Translations under genes and position numbers: made by a program | IMG/VR virus record: IMGVR_UViG_2636416120_000006 | Span: 1-64,000 of that record | Strand: one strand, 5' to 3' | Origin: a virus | Taxonomy: Duplodnaviria; Caudoviricetes | DNA: 64,000 nt | Shown here: piece by piece, positions 9,233-19,469 of the stretch | Layout of the letters: each line of letters opens with the position of its first letter | Position numbering within the stretch: position 1 is the first letter of the stretch | The notes under the pieces: model-generated | What the model was told of the DNA's origin: nothing | The model's database searches: none | The model's input: the letters and a program-made list of their open reading frames with translations, nothing else

Positions 9233-11202
9233 TCAAGAGCCTAGCCTTCGAAGTCCAATTCGCGAGCACTGGCCGGGCCCTGAAAGGGGCCCATACTTTT
9301 GCCGAGGGCTTCACCTCCATCTCCGGCCAGAACGAGGCTGGGAAGTCTCTCCGGCTGGAGTTCATCCGCTTCGGCCTGTTCGGCGTCGATGCCCTGCGCG
9401 ACGGCCGGTCCAGCTACACGAAGCTCAGCATCGAGCTGGAGTTCGTGATCCAGGACGTCGACTACAAGGTTCTGCGAACGCTGGCCAATGCCACACTCCT
9501 GAAGGGGTCCGAGGTCGTCGCGAAATCGACCAGCGTGGTTAACGCCGCGATCCGGAAGCTGTTCGGCTACGACCTGGCCGTCTTCGACGCGGCGCACTGC
9601 GTCAAGCAGGGCGAGGTCGAGGCGCTGGGCAACATGGGGCCGACGGCGCGCCGGAAGATGGTCGACACCACGATCGGCCTCAACATCTTTGACGACCTGA
9701 TCAAATGGACCGCCGACACCGGCAACGCCCTGAACCGTGAGGCCGAGGCGATGGCCTCAAGCGTCCCCCAGCCAGTGGAGCCGGTGAAGCCGACGGGCTA
9801 CCGTCCGGCGGCCGAGCTCGAGGCCGAGATCGCCACCCTCGCCCAGCAGCAGGAGAAGCGCCGGAACGCCGAGGCGGTGATCGCGGCGAACGCCAACCTG
9901 GTCGAGCCGGTGATGCCGACCACGACCGTGGTGGAGACCGCAGCCCAGTTGAAGAAGCTCCAGGACCAGCGCCAGGCCAACATCGCCCTCAAGACCAAGA
10001 TCGAGACCCAGCTCTCGATGCTCAAGCCGCTGGTGAAGACGGCGGCCGAGCTGGAGGTGCTCGACATCGAGCTCGCGGCCTGGCTGGGTTGGCAACAGCA
10101 CAAGGCCTGGCTCGAGGCCAACCCGAAGCCGCGGCATGACCGGGCTCTGCTGGAAAAATGGCTGGCGGACCACAAAACCGCCGAGGAGCACCGGCATCTC
10201 CTACGCCAGATCGAGGATCTGGAGGGGCGCGGCCACCACGAGTGTCCATCCTGCCATCACACCTGGGCGATCGCCTCAGACGCCATCGTCGAGCTGCAGG
10301 ATAAGGTCGACGCCCTTCCGCCCTACTCGACCCCTCCCCTCTCCGTCTCGGAGATCCAGGTCGAACTGCAGCGCGTCGCTGTGTGGGACAAGGGCTGCGC
10401 CTTCGCCGAGTTCAGCGAGGTGCCGGAGCCGGAGTGGCTCGACCAGATCAACGACTGGAAGCTGGGTCTCAAGGACGAGGAGTTCCGAAAGACCCTGCCG
10501 ACGATCCCGGTCATTGGCCCGGATCTCTCGGCGGCCTACCAGGAGCGCCTGCGCTATGAGCAGGATCTGGTTCGGTTCGAGCGCGATACGGCCACCTATG
10601 GCGTCGCCAAGGCCCGTGTCGGGGAAGCTCAGGCTGTTGTCGCCTCCACCCCCGTCGTCGATCTCGAACCGCTCCGGCAGCTGCTGACCGAGATCCGCGT
10701 CTACGACGCCGCCCTCGCCCCCTACACCCAGCTGAAGACCCGGTTCGACGAGGTGATGGTGGCGATCGCCGCGAAGGAGACCGATGCGGCCAACTACCTT
10801 GCCGCCCGGGACGCCATCCGGGAGATGAAAATCAAGGTGAAGCAGCACTTGGTACCCAGCCTGAACGCGGTCGCCAGCAAGCTGCTGACCGAGATGACGA
10901 ACGGGGCGCGGACCACGGTCGAGGTTGATGAGGAGTTCGAGATCACGATCGACGGTCAGCCGCTGCACACCCTGAGCGGCTCCGGCAAGGCGGTCGCCAA
11001 CCTGGCGATCAGAATCGGTCTCGGCCAGGTCCTCACGGCCCGGATCTTCCCGGTGCTGATGGGCGACGAGATCGATGCCAGTATGGATGCTGATCGGGCG
11101 ACGTCGACGATGGCCTGCATCCGTCGGCTCGGCACGTACCTGAAGGAAATGCTGCTGGTCTCCCACAAGCAAATCGAGGCGGACAACTACATTACGGTTT
11201 AA
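9229..11202 (+). CDS. Rad50/SbcC-like ATPase
   Basis: GQNEAGKS Walker A, coiled coils with CPSC zinc hook, LSGSG signature, DEID Walker B, VSH. Confidence 0.9.
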   Translation: MIKSLAFEVQFASTGRALKGAHTFAEGFTSISGQNEAGKSLRLEFIRFGLFGVDALRDGRSSYTKLSIELEFVIQDVDYKVLRTLANATLLKGSEVVAKSTSVVNAAIRKLFGYDLAVFDAAHCVKQGEVEALGNMGPTARRKMVDTTIGLNIFDDLIKWTADTGNALNREAEAMASSVPQPVEPVKPTGYRPAAELEAEIATLAQQQEKRRNAEAVIAANANLVEPVMPTTTVVETAAQLKKLQDQRQANIALKTKIETQLSMLKPLVKTAAELEVLDIELAAWLGWQQHKAWLEANPKPRHDRALLEKWLADHKTAEEHRHLLRQIEDLEGRGHHECPSCHHTWAIASDAIVELQDKVDALPPYSTPPLSVSEIQVELQRVAVWDKGCAFAEFSEVPEPEWLDQINDWKLGLKDEEFRKTLPTIPVIGPDLSAAYQERLRYEQDLVRFERDTATYGVAKARVGEAQAVVASTPVVDLEPLRQLLTEIRVYDAALAPYTQLKTRFDEVMVAIAAKETDAANYLAARDAIREMKIKVKQHLVPSLNAVASKLLTEMTNGARTTVEVDEEFEITIDGQPLHTLSGSGKAVANLAIRIGLGQVLTARIFPVLMGDEIDASMDADRATSTMACIRRLGTYLKEMLLVSHKQIEADNYITV

Positions 11203-11285
11203 GTTCGAAGTTAATATCTACTCAACTTTGATCTGGGGCCAACAAGCCGTATCTCTTACCCAGCACCCAATCCCGCGAGGATCTA

Positions 11286-11648
11286 ATGCATTTATCGGAG
11301 CCTATGGAGGAGATGCTCCTCCAAGATCTTTCTCGTGGCAAGGACCCCCTCAGGGTCAGCAAGCTCTATGGCGTTCCTCTCCGCCTCGTTCGTGAGCTAG
11401 CCGCCAAGGTCGAGAACAAGCCAGTCGTCAACGACCGCCCGGACCTCGCCCAGTACGCGATCGCCTCCAAGCACGTCGACGCCCTGTGGCCGGTCAACGA
11501 CGTGATCCAGGCCGCGAAGGACGAGTACGACGCCGGCCTGGTCGAGATCGTGACTGGCCGCTCGGGCAGCACCCTCACCCTCTATCGGATCCCGCGGAAG
11601 CATCAGGACAAGAAGCGGATTCCCTACTTCTCGCGGTCGGAGGAGTGA
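11286..11648 (+). CDS. hypothetical protein with possible N-terminal HTH
   Basis: VSKLYGVPLRLVRELA resembles an HTH; preceded by operator and RBS hairpin. Confidence 0.65.
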   Translation: MHLSEPMEEMLLQDLSRGKDPLRVSKLYGVPLRLVRELAAKVENKPVVNDRPDLAQYAIASKHVDALWPVNDVIQAAKDEYDAGLVEIVTGRSGSTLTLYRIPRKHQDKKRIPYFSRSEE

Positions 11649-11651
11649 GCG

Positions 11652-11849
11652 ATGGACTTCGACACTCTCGATGAGGCTGAGGCCCAGGCGGCTCGCTTTC
11701 TCGAAAAGACGGATCAGCTCCGCGAAGAGCTGCGCCGCAACCACGGCAACACATGGCCGATCACCGGTACCAAGGAAACTGGCGCTGTCCGTCGGGCCAG
11801 CATGGACCTGACCCGTGCCCTCGCCGATCTCCGCAGGAGGCCGTCATGA
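11652..11849 (+). CDS. hypothetical protein
   Basis: 65 aa, GGAGG SD. Confidence 0.7.
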   Translation: MDFDTLDEAEAQAARFLEKTDQLREELRRNHGNTWPITGTKETGAVRRASMDLTRALADLRRRPS

Positions 11850-12220
11850 TGGAACGGCTTTTCCGACAGGAAGTTGTCGGTCGCTGGGCCAAGAAGTGCT
11901 TCGGCGAGAACACCCTCGCAGTGAAGGAGCGCTCGAAGCGTCTCCTCGAGGAGGCCCTGGAGCTGGCCCAGGCCGGTGGGGTTCCTCTGGAGGAGGTTCT
12001 CCACCTCTCCGCCTACACCTATGGACGCCCGGTCGGACAGCTGAGCCAGGAGATCGGCGGCGTAGCAGTGTGCCTGCTCGCGCTCGGCTATTCGGCCAAC
12101 ATCGACGTCGACCAGGTCGAGCAGGATGAGATCCTGCGCGTGGTCTCGAAACCGGACCAGCACTGGGTCGAGCGGCACAACGCGAAGGCGGCGAAGGGCG
12201 TCGCGGAGGTGGTTCAGTGA
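11846..12220 (+). CDS. MazG-like NTP pyrophosphohydrolase domain protein
   Basis: LLEEALELAQA...EIGGV pattern; ATG overlaps the upstream stop. Confidence 0.6.
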   Translation: MMERLFRQEVVGRWAKKCFGENTLAVKERSKRLLEEALELAQAGGVPLEEVLHLSAYTYGRPVGQLSQEIGGVAVCLLALGYSANIDVDQVEQDEILRVVSKPDQHWVERHNAKAAKGVAEVVQ

Positions 12221-13095
12221 CCACCATCTCCGCCAAGGTCCTCGCCCACAGCGTGGCCGAGGGCTGCCCGCCCATCATCACGATGCAGCTGCGCTACCCG
12301 CGGGTGATCCACGCCGAGTTCATGACGCATCGGGTGTTCTCTCGGAACGCGTCGTCGAGCCGGGCCGTCCCCGTCCAGCGCCTGATCGAGGACGTCGAGC
12401 GGGATCCATACGTCCCGCTGCATTGGGGCAAGAACCAGCCCGGGATGCAGGCTCGGGAGGAGCACAACGAACCGGTCATGCTCTGGGCCCATGATGCGGA
12501 AGAACATCCGGATCCCTTCACCCGAGAGCAGGCGTGGCGAGAGGCCTGCCATGACATGGTGGAAATAGCACGCGCCTTCGCGAAGGCCGGCTACCACAAG
12601 CAGATCGTGAACCGGCTGCTCGAGCCCTTCTCGCACATCAACGTGGTTTGCACCGCAACCGATTGGAACAACTTCTACGCGCTGCGGCGACACGAGGACG
12701 CCGAGCCCCACATCAAGATGCTCGCCGATGCCATGTGGGAGGCCCAGCAGGCGAGCAAGCCGGTCGAACTGACCGAGGGCCAGTGGCACCTTCCCTACGT
12801 TACCGAACACGACTGGATCGAGATCAACGGTGGCGGCGTGGTCACGCTGGACCAGAAGATCGCCCTCCGGTTCATCTCGGCAGCTCGCTGCGCCCGGGTC
12901 TCGTACCTGACCCATGACGGTCGGCAGACCACCCTCGAGGAGGACCTGGCGCTCGCGCAGCGGCTCCTCGACTCCGGGCACATGTCGCCTTTCGAGCACC
13001 AGGCGATCCCCGATATGTTCTCTTTTCGTTCTTGCCAAAATTCCCCGAAATGGGGAAACTTCCGGCAATGGGTTCAGCACCGGCATATCCTGTGA
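12217..13095 (+). CDS. thyX: FAD-dependent thymidylate synthase
   Basis: EFMTHRVFSRNASSSRA, SAARCARVSY, HMSPFEH. Confidence 0.9.
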   Translation: MTTISAKVLAHSVAEGCPPIITMQLRYPRVIHAEFMTHRVFSRNASSSRAVPVQRLIEDVERDPYVPLHWGKNQPGMQAREEHNEPVMLWAHDAEEHPDPFTREQAWREACHDMVEIARAFAKAGYHKQIVNRLLEPFSHINVVCTATDWNNFYALRRHEDAEPHIKMLADAMWEAQQASKPVELTEGQWHLPYVTEHDWIEINGGGVVTLDQKIALRFISAARCARVSYLTHDGRQTTLEEDLALAQRLLDSGHMSPFEHQAIPDMFSFRSCQNSPKWGNFRQWVQHRHIL

Positions 13096-13103
13096 GGATT
13101 TTC

Positions 13104-13283
13104 ATGGAAGTCCCCTCGACCACCTTGGGCAACGCGATTGACGACGTTTCCCGCCTGTTAGCGGCCCTCAACCAAGCTATCGAGACGGCCGAAAATCTCG
13201 GCGTAGACATCTCCTTCGAGGAAGGCCGCAACCCCGAAACGGGGAACACCCGGCTCCAACTGAGCACGTCCATCATCCTGTGA
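13104..13283 (+). CDS. hypothetical protein
   Basis: 59-aa ORF between two RBS hairpins. Confidence 0.6.
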   Translation: MEVPSTTLGNAIDDVSRLLAALNQAIETAENLGVDISFEEGRNPETGNTRLQLSTSIIL

Positions 13284-13290
13284 GGATCAA

Positions 13291-13815
13291 ATGAGCGCCA
13301 TCTTAGTCACCAACTCCGGGAGGAGGCTCGACTTGCTCGACCCCCATCCGGACCAGATCGACATCAACGACATCGCCCTCGGTCTGTCCCGCGAAGGTCG
13401 GTTCTCCAACCAAGGGCGGTACTTCATCTCCGTCGCCCAGCACAGCGCTGACGGGGCGGTCGAGTTGCTGGAGCGCGGCGAGACCGAGAAGGCCAAGGCC
13501 TTCATCCTGCACGACGCCACCGAGGGCTACATCAAGGACATCATCCGTCCCTTGAAGAAAGAACTCGGCGCCCCCTACGAGGAGATCGAGGACCGGCTTT
13601 CCCGGGTGATCTTCGCCAAGTTTGGTGTCGATCATTCCCTGCTGGCTCAGATCAAGGACGTCGACGATGAGTGCGGCGCCAATGAGGCCGCCGCCCTGTT
13701 CGACGATCACCCGGCAGCTGCCCGCTCCAACAAGGTGATGCTGTCGTGGGATTTCCTCACACCCGAGGAAGCCCACGAGTACTACCTCGACGTGTTCGCC
13801 GAGGTGTTCGCATGA
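13291..13815 (+). CDS. HD-domain 5'-deoxynucleotidase-like protein
   Basis: RFS, SVAQHS, LHDATEGY..D...PLK motifs. Confidence 0.85.
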   Translation: MSAILVTNSGRRLDLLDPHPDQIDINDIALGLSREGRFSNQGRYFISVAQHSADGAVELLERGETEKAKAFILHDATEGYIKDIIRPLKKELGAPYEEIEDRLSRVIFAKFGVDHSLLAQIKDVDDECGANEAAALFDDHPAAARSNKVMLSWDFLTPEEAHEYYLDVFAEVFA

Positions 13816-14348
13816 GCCGCATCATCGCCTTCACCGGGAAGATGGGCAGCGGCAAGAACACCGCTGCCAACCTCGTCGCCGAAATGAACCCGGAGCGGCA
13901 GCTCGCAGAATACAACTTCGCGGACCCGATCCGTCACATCTGCGCCCTCGTTTTCGGCCTGACCTGGGAAGAGATGACGGACCCGGTCCTCAAAGAGACG
14001 AAGCTCGACCGGTGGCCCTTCGAGGCCCCCAGAACCCTTCTCCGGGACGTCGGCATGTTCTTCCGGGACCGCTGGCCGGGCACCTGGGTCAACAAGTTCG
14101 AACGGTCCACCCAGGAGTTCTTCGCCACCTACCCCAACGGGTTGGTCCTGAACACCGATCTCCGGTTCATCGACGAGGGAATCAAGATCGAGGAGCTCGA
14201 TGGCGAGAAGGTCCGCGTCGTCCGCCCCGGCCGGGAGGGTGACAGCCACCCGTCCGAGACCGAGATGGACCAGATCCGCGTCCACGTCACGATCCACAAC
14301 GACGGCACGATCGACGATCTCCGCGCCAAGCTGCAGGTGGCCCTATGA
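13812..14348 (+). CDS. deoxynucleoside monophosphate kinase
   Basis: GKMGSGKNT P-loop, FADP, DLRFIDE, HPSE. Confidence 0.9.
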   Translation: MSRIIAFTGKMGSGKNTAANLVAEMNPERQLAEYNFADPIRHICALVFGLTWEEMTDPVLKETKLDRWPFEAPRTLLRDVGMFFRDRWPGTWVNKFERSTQEFFATYPNGLVLNTDLRFIDEGIKIEELDGEKVRVVRPGREGDSHPSETEMDQIRVHVTIHNDGTIDDLRAKLQVAL

Positions 14349-14887
14349 GAACCGACTTCATTGACCTCGCGCTCCGCACCAAGGCGGACACCTTCTTCCC
14401 TGCCCCTGCTGTCATCCAGGACATGGCGGTCCTGCTCGTGACTATCGCGATCGCAGCCGAGGAGCTGGATCGCTGCAAGAAGTCGCTCTTCTACGGCAAG
14501 CCCTACGAAACAGCCGACTTTGGGGACCTTGTGGTGTTTCTGAAAGATCACGTCCTCACCGATGGTGGTGTGATCCCCACCGAATATGAAGGCGACGTCG
14601 ACCTGCTGCATGGGGTCGTCGGTCTGGCCACCGAACTCGGCGAACTGATCACCCCGCTGGTGAACGAGTGGATGAAGGATGAGGAGATCGACAGGGTCAA
14701 CCTGGTCGAGGAGATCGGCGATCTTCTCTGGTACCAGGCCCTCGTTCTCAAGGTGCTCGGGAGCGATTTCGCGACCGCCTCGGACAAGGTGGTCAACAAG
14801 CTTCGGATCCGATACCCCGAGAAATTCACCGAAGATCAAGCACTCAACAGGAATCTCGAAGAGGAGAGAGCAGTCCTGGAAGCCTGA
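14345..14887 (+). CDS. MazG-like nucleotide pyrophosphohydrolase
   Basis: GLATELGEL, EEIGDLLWY, KLRIRYP. Confidence 0.85.
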   Translation: MRTDFIDLALRTKADTFFPAPAVIQDMAVLLVTIAIAAEELDRCKKSLFYGKPYETADFGDLVVFLKDHVLTDGGVIPTEYEGDVDLLHGVVGLATELGELITPLVNEWMKDEEIDRVNLVEEIGDLLWYQALVLKVLGSDFATASDKVVNKLRIRYPEKFTEDQALNRNLEEERAVLEA

Positions 14888-14892
14888 TCGAC

Positions 14893-14923
14893 AAGGGGAG
14901 TAGAAATACTCCCCTTTCTTTTT
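14893..14923 (+). terminator. rho-independent terminator
   Basis: AAGGGGAGTA-GAAA-TACTCCCCTT followed by a T run. Confidence 0.8.
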
Positions 14924-14942
14924 CAAATCCCGTGGGGATCGA

Positions 14943-16916
14943 ATGCCTTCTGTTCGCTCAAACGTCGTCATGCGACGGACGTACAACCGTCCCAAAAATG
15001 AAGAAGGTACTGCCTTCGAGAGCCTGATCGAAACTGTGATCCGTGTCGGCCGCCACCAGGAGTGGTTATGGGAACGCGCCCAGGGGCGGCCTCTCTCGAC
15101 GGACCAGTACAAGGAGCTCTCCGACCTGATGAACCTGATGATGGAGCTCAAGGCTCTCCCGTCGGGCCGCACCCTCTGGCTGGGCGGCACGGATGTCGCC
15201 AAGACCCGAGAGGCCTCCCAGTTCAACTGCGCCTTCGCGCGCGTCGAGACCGTCCAGGACGTCAAGGACGCCTTCTGGCTCCTGCTGCAGGGCTGCGGCT
15301 ACGGCTTCGAGCCGATCACCGGCAACATCAACGGCTTCGCCCGGCGCCATCGCGTGACGATCGTTCCGTCGGCCGTGACCCGAGAGATGTGGGACGCCGG
15401 CCATCGGGGCGGCGAGCACACTCTGGAGCAGATCCACGACGACACCTGGCACATCATCGTCGGGGACAGCGCCGAGGGTTGGGTGAACGCGGTAGGGCTG
15501 CTGCTGACGGGCAAACACAACGTCGGCCGCCTGGTGCTGGACTTCTCGCAGATCCGCCCGGCCGGCATCCGTCTGCGCGGCTACGGCTGGATCTCGAGCG
15601 GCTACGGTCCGTTCTCGGAGGCGCTCGAGAAGATCGCCGAGATCATGTCCCACAAGCGCATGCAGCTGCTGAGCCGCATCGACCTGCTGGATATTCTCAA
15701 CCTGCTCGGCACCACCCTCTCCTCGCGCCGGTCGGCTGAGATCGCCTTGATCCCACACGGCGATCCAGAGTGGGAGGAGTTCGCGGTCGCGAAGAAGGAC
15801 CACTACGAAAAAGGCCTGAAGCACCGCGGCCAATCGAACAACACGGTGCTGTTCTTCCACAAGCCGTCGCGCGCCGCGCTAGTGGACTTCTTCCGGATCA
15901 TGAAGGAAGGCGGCGGCTCCGAGCCCGGCATCGCCAATGCCGAGGCTGCGAAGCGCCGGGCGCCGTGGTTCAAGGGCTTCAACCCGTGCGCCGAGATCCT
16001 GTTGGGCAACCGGTCCTTCTGCAACCTGGTCGAGAACAACCTGGGCGCCTGGAACGGCGACTGGGAGGGGTTGAAGCGGGCCCATTGGCTGATCGCCCGG
16101 GCCAACTACCGGCAGACCTGCGTGAACCTGTTGGACGGCATGCTGCAGTCCGGCTGGCACGAGCTGAACGAGTACCTGCATCTGTGCGGCGTGGGTGTCA
16201 CCGGCATCGTCCGTTGGGAGCACCACAAGTCCAGCGCGCACCGGAAGGACCTGCGCACGATCGCGCAGGAGGGCGCCAACAGCATGGCCGACGAGCTCGG
16301 TCTGCCGCGGCCCAAGGCGGTCACCACCATCAAGCCGTCCGGCACGCTCTCCAAGGTGATGGACACCACGGAGGGAGTTCATCGTCCGCTCGGGAGGTAC
16401 ATCCTCAACAACATCAAGTTCAGCAAGCACGACCCGCTGGTGCAGATGCTGGCCGAGGCCGGCTACCGCGTCTTCGATGATCCGTACACGGTCGACGGCG
16501 TGCTGGTCACCTTTCCCGTCTCCTATGAGGACGTCGAGTTCGACGTCGTCGACGGCAAGGAAGTGAACCTGGAGAGCGCCGTCGACCAGCTGGATCGCTA
16601 TCGGGACTGGATGGCCGACTATGTCGACCACAACTGCTCGATCACGATCTCCTACTCGGATGACGAGGTGCCGGCGATCATCGACTGGCTGCTGGAGAAC
16701 TGGGACAGCTACGTCGGCGTGTCCTTCATGTACCGCAATGACCCCACGAAGACGGCGGCCGACCTTGGCTACCCCTACCTGCCTCAGGAGGTCGTCACCA
16801 AGGAAGTGTTCGAGGCCTACACCTCAACCCTGCTGCCGATCGACATCGACGCCGGCAACAGCCTGTTCGAGCTCGACGAGAACGGCTGCTCCACCGGTGG
16901 TTGCCCCGTCAAATAA
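14943..16916 (+). CDS. nrdJ: class II (adenosylcobalamin-dependent) ribonucleotide reductase
   Basis: FNCAF, NPCAEI, FCNL, TTIKPSGT, C-terminal CSTGGCPVK; no small-subunit gene nearby. Confidence 0.9.
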   Translation: MPSVRSNVVMRRTYNRPKNEEGTAFESLIETVIRVGRHQEWLWERAQGRPLSTDQYKELSDLMNLMMELKALPSGRTLWLGGTDVAKTREASQFNCAFARVETVQDVKDAFWLLLQGCGYGFEPITGNINGFARRHRVTIVPSAVTREMWDAGHRGGEHTLEQIHDDTWHIIVGDSAEGWVNAVGLLLTGKHNVGRLVLDFSQIRPAGIRLRGYGWISSGYGPFSEALEKIAEIMSHKRMQLLSRIDLLDILNLLGTTLSSRRSAEIALIPHGDPEWEEFAVAKKDHYEKGLKHRGQSNNTVLFFHKPSRAALVDFFRIMKEGGGSEPGIANAEAAKRRAPWFKGFNPCAEILLGNRSFCNLVENNLGAWNGDWEGLKRAHWLIARANYRQTCVNLLDGMLQSGWHELNEYLHLCGVGVTGIVRWEHHKSSAHRKDLRTIAQEGANSMADELGLPRPKAVTTIKPSGTLSKVMDTTEGVHRPLGRYILNNIKFSKHDPLVQMLAEAGYRVFDDPYTVDGVLVTFPVSYEDVEFDVVDGKEVNLESAVDQLDRYRDWMADYVDHNCSITISYSDDEVPAIIDWLLENWDSYVGVSFMYRNDPTKTAADLGYPYLPQEVVTKEVFEAYTSTLLPIDIDAGNSLFELDENGCSTGGCPVK

Positions 16917-16987
16917 TCAAGGAGATTCAGAGCTTTCCGGTTTGGGCACGGCTAGGTTTCGCTTGTGTCCAACACCGGGAGCCTGAG

Positions 16988-17665
16988 ATGGCAGCACGGC
17001 GCAAGAGAACAGCAAGCCCTCACTATGATCCGCCCACTCTTCGACCGCTGAACGCATCTCAGGCCACCTGCCTCAAAACACTCGACACTCACGACCAGAC
17101 CTTCATCATCGGCCCGGCCGGCACAGGAAAGACCTTCCTGATCGCTTGCCGGGCCGTTGACATGTTGAAGACCGGCCTAGTCGACAAGATCGTCCTGACC
17201 CGCCCCAACGTGCCGGCGGGACGCAGCCTGGGCTTCTTCCCCGGATCGCTCGAGGAGAAGATGGGCCCGTGGGTGATGGAGTTCGCCTCCATCTGGAACG
17301 GCCGAGCCAGCGCCGGCTTCACCGAAACCGCGCTGAAGAACGGCACGCTCGAGATCGTGCCCTTCGAGACGATGCGTGGCCGGTCGTTCGACGACGCTTT
17401 CATCATCGTCGACGAGGCGCAGAACGCCACCCTCCACGAGCTCATGATGATCGTCACCCGCTTTGGTGAACGATCACATCTGGTCGTGAATGGCGACCCC
17501 GCCCAGAGCGACCTCCGGGATGGGGGCGGGCTGATCGACATCATCGCGATCGCGATGCAAAACCGGATCGACGTCGGGTTCGTCCGCTTCACCTCCGACG
17601 ACATCGTCCGCTCCGATCGGACGAAGCAGTGGGTGAAGGCCTTCGAACGAGAAGGGGCGCCCTAG
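16988..17665 (+). CDS. phoH: PhoH-like ATPase
   Basis: GPAGTGKT, LGFFPG, MRGRSF, DEAQN, GDPAQSD. Confidence 0.95.
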   Translation: MAARRKRTASPHYDPPTLRPLNASQATCLKTLDTHDQTFIIGPAGTGKTFLIACRAVDMLKTGLVDKIVLTRPNVPAGRSLGFFPGSLEEKMGPWVMEFASIWNGRASAGFTETALKNGTLEIVPFETMRGRSFDDAFIIVDEAQNATLHELMMIVTRFGERSHLVVNGDPAQSDLRDGGGLIDIIAIAMQNRIDVGFVRFTSDDIVRSDRTKQWVKAFEREGAP

Positions 17666-17677
17666 GCGCCCCTCTTC
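17652..17677. terminator. hairpin at convergent junction
   Basis: AGGGGCGCC-CTA-GGCGCCCCT between converging operons. Confidence 0.6.
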
Positions 17678-18107
17678 ACCCCAACCGCACTCCGTCGATC
17701 TTGGTTTCATCCACCCATGGCAACCTGGCACCGGTGATGACATGCTGGTTTTCCGGAGGTGGTCTCCGCTCGACATAATCATCCAGGTGACACTCGGGAC
17801 ACGCCCCGTTGCACTGGAACCTCACGGCCGAGCTGCGGTCGTCGTACAGCACCCGCTCGACCTTCCGGCGCAGCACGGTTGCCCCATACCCTTCCAGGGC
17901 GTCAGCGGTGGCCAGCAGCTGGTTCAGGACCCACTCTTGATCCTTCCGGGCGTTGAAGAGCATGGTGGCGTAGCACTTCACCTCCTCCCCCAGAACAGGG
18001 TCGCCGTCAATCTGGGAGAATTTCCACCCCACCTCCTCGACCATCGGGCGGAGCTGGGCCGGGTCGCCGACCATCGTGACGTGGCACTCGAAGTAGGTGG
18101 TGCTCAT
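17676..18107 (-). CDS. hypothetical protein
   Basis: ATG overlaps the upstream stop; starts MSTTYFECHVT; CxxxCxxC near the C-terminus. Confidence 0.7.
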   Translation of the reverse strand: MSTTYFECHVTMVGDPAQLRPMVEEVGWKFSQIDGDPVLGEEVKCYATMLFNARKDQEWVLNQLLATADALEGYGATVLRRKVERVLYDDRSSAVRFQCNGACPECHLDDYVERRPPPENQHVITGARLPWVDETKIDGVRLG

Positions 18108-19255
18108 GCGAACACCGCCTCGGCGGCCGACCGCTCGTAGAAGCGACCACCCACGACAGCGAAGTCCCTCACGTCGATATACTCGGTCAGGACATGCTTC
18201 TTGACGGTGTCGACGTGCAGGAGGCCGAAGCCGTTGGTCCACTTTTCCCCGGTGGTGTACTCGGCCCAGCGGCGATGGCCGGCGCCGAACTGCGACCACT
18301 GGTAGGTGCCGAAGACCGGGCTGTAGTGGGTCTTGGCATGATAGCTGTGGTGGTGACCGTTCCAGCCAGGGAGACCCATGCGCTCGCCCTCGGGGAAGTG
18401 GCAGGCGGCCAGGCAGTCGTACCCGATCCAGAAGTTGCGCTTCAGCTCCTCCTTGATGTCGCCCTTGTGCTCAGCGGCAAGGTCCGTCCGGCTAATGTAG
18501 TTCACCCCAAACTCGTCCAAGCCCAGCAGCTTGGGGACGGTGAAGCCGTGAAGCTCGGCCAGGACCACCTGCATCTGCGGGCTCTGGTCGGCCAAGTGCC
18601 GTAGCAGACGGTACTCGTGGTTTCCTTCGATCCAGATGACCTCGGTATTGGGAGCGCGCTGGCGGATCGGGCCGAGGAAGTTGGTGTGCATCCAACGGAT
18701 GCGCTTGACGACGTCCCAGGTGCGAGGGTCGACGCTGTACTTCCCGAACTCCGGAAGGTCGAACCCGTCCCCGTTCAGAACCAGCTTATCAGGCTGAACC
18801 CTCTCCACGGTGTCGAGGAAGACCCTGAGCCAGAAGGGGTCGCACTCGATGTCGTGAATGTCGTTGCAGCCGAGGACCGTCTGCCAGCGGCCCGACGCCG
18901 GCATGAGATATTTATCCTCGTATCCAGCCTTCTCCTCGTTCATCGCCCGGTAGCGGTCCTTGGACGCGTGTCGGGCGATGTGAAGCTCCATGCGGTGCGC
19001 ACCGCGGTGCAGCTGGATCCCAGCCTGGCGCCGGAACTCCTCCATCGTGCCGAAGTACCGATCCCAGGTGGCATCGGAGATGATGGAGTTCTTCCGGAAG
19101 AACGTTCGCGTGACGAACTGGTCGGGGATCAACTCGGCCACCCGGCGGAGCTCGTCGACGCATTGCTGGGCCGTCCATTCCGGTCGGAAATTGTACCCGT
19201 GCTCGTCGCGGACATAGTTGTCCTGGACGACTCCGTTGATGATCTTTTTCGACAT
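18104..19255 (-). CDS. calcineurin-like metallophosphoesterase
   Basis: NDIHD, NGDGFD, GNHE, GHHH motifs. Confidence 0.85.
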   Translation of the reverse strand: MSKKIINGVVQDNYVRDEHGYNFRPEWTAQQCVDELRRVAELIPDQFVTRTFFRKNSIISDATWDRYFGTMEEFRRQAGIQLHRGAHRMELHIARHASKDRYRAMNEEKAGYEDKYLMPASGRWQTVLGCNDIHDIECDPFWLRVFLDTVERVQPDKLVLNGDGFDLPEFGKYSVDPRTWDVVKRIRWMHTNFLGPIRQRAPNTEVIWIEGNHEYRLLRHLADQSPQMQVVLAELHGFTVPKLLGLDEFGVNYISRTDLAAEHKGDIKEELKRNFWIGYDCLAACHFPEGERMGLPGWNGHHHSYHAKTHYSPVFGTYQWSQFGAGHRRWAEYTTGEKWTNGFGLLHVDTVKKHVLTEYIDVRDFAVVGGRFYERSAAEAVFA

Positions 19256-19280
19256 TAGTCCCTCGCAGGGATGTGGACGA

Positions 19281-19469
19281 TCAGCAGGATCGTTCGACGA
19301 CCGTGTTGTGGCTGAGCAGCTGGTTGGTGAGCTGGTCGCTGATCACGTCGACGTCGTGGTTGGTGGGGCGGATGATCGGCACTGCCGAACAGGGCAGTGA
19401 CTTAGTCGCGGGCGTAGGTGCGCAGGCGCTTACGCCGATCAGCGCGAGGCAGAGAACGAATCTCTTCAT
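19281..19469 (-). CDS. o-spanin (Rz1-like lipoprotein)
   Basis: MKR plus hydrophobic stretch and VSAC lipobox; overlaps the i-spanin. Confidence 0.8.
   Translation of the reverse strand: MKRFVLCLALIGVSACAPTPATKSLPCSAVPIIRPTNHDVDVISDQLTNQLLSHNTVVERSC

Noticed and set aside
11846-14887. DNA base-modification pathway (e.g. dZ, 7-deazaguanine)
   Set aside because: HD and MazG genes are present but no PurZ, Que/Dpd or hydroxymethylase genes were recognised in the window
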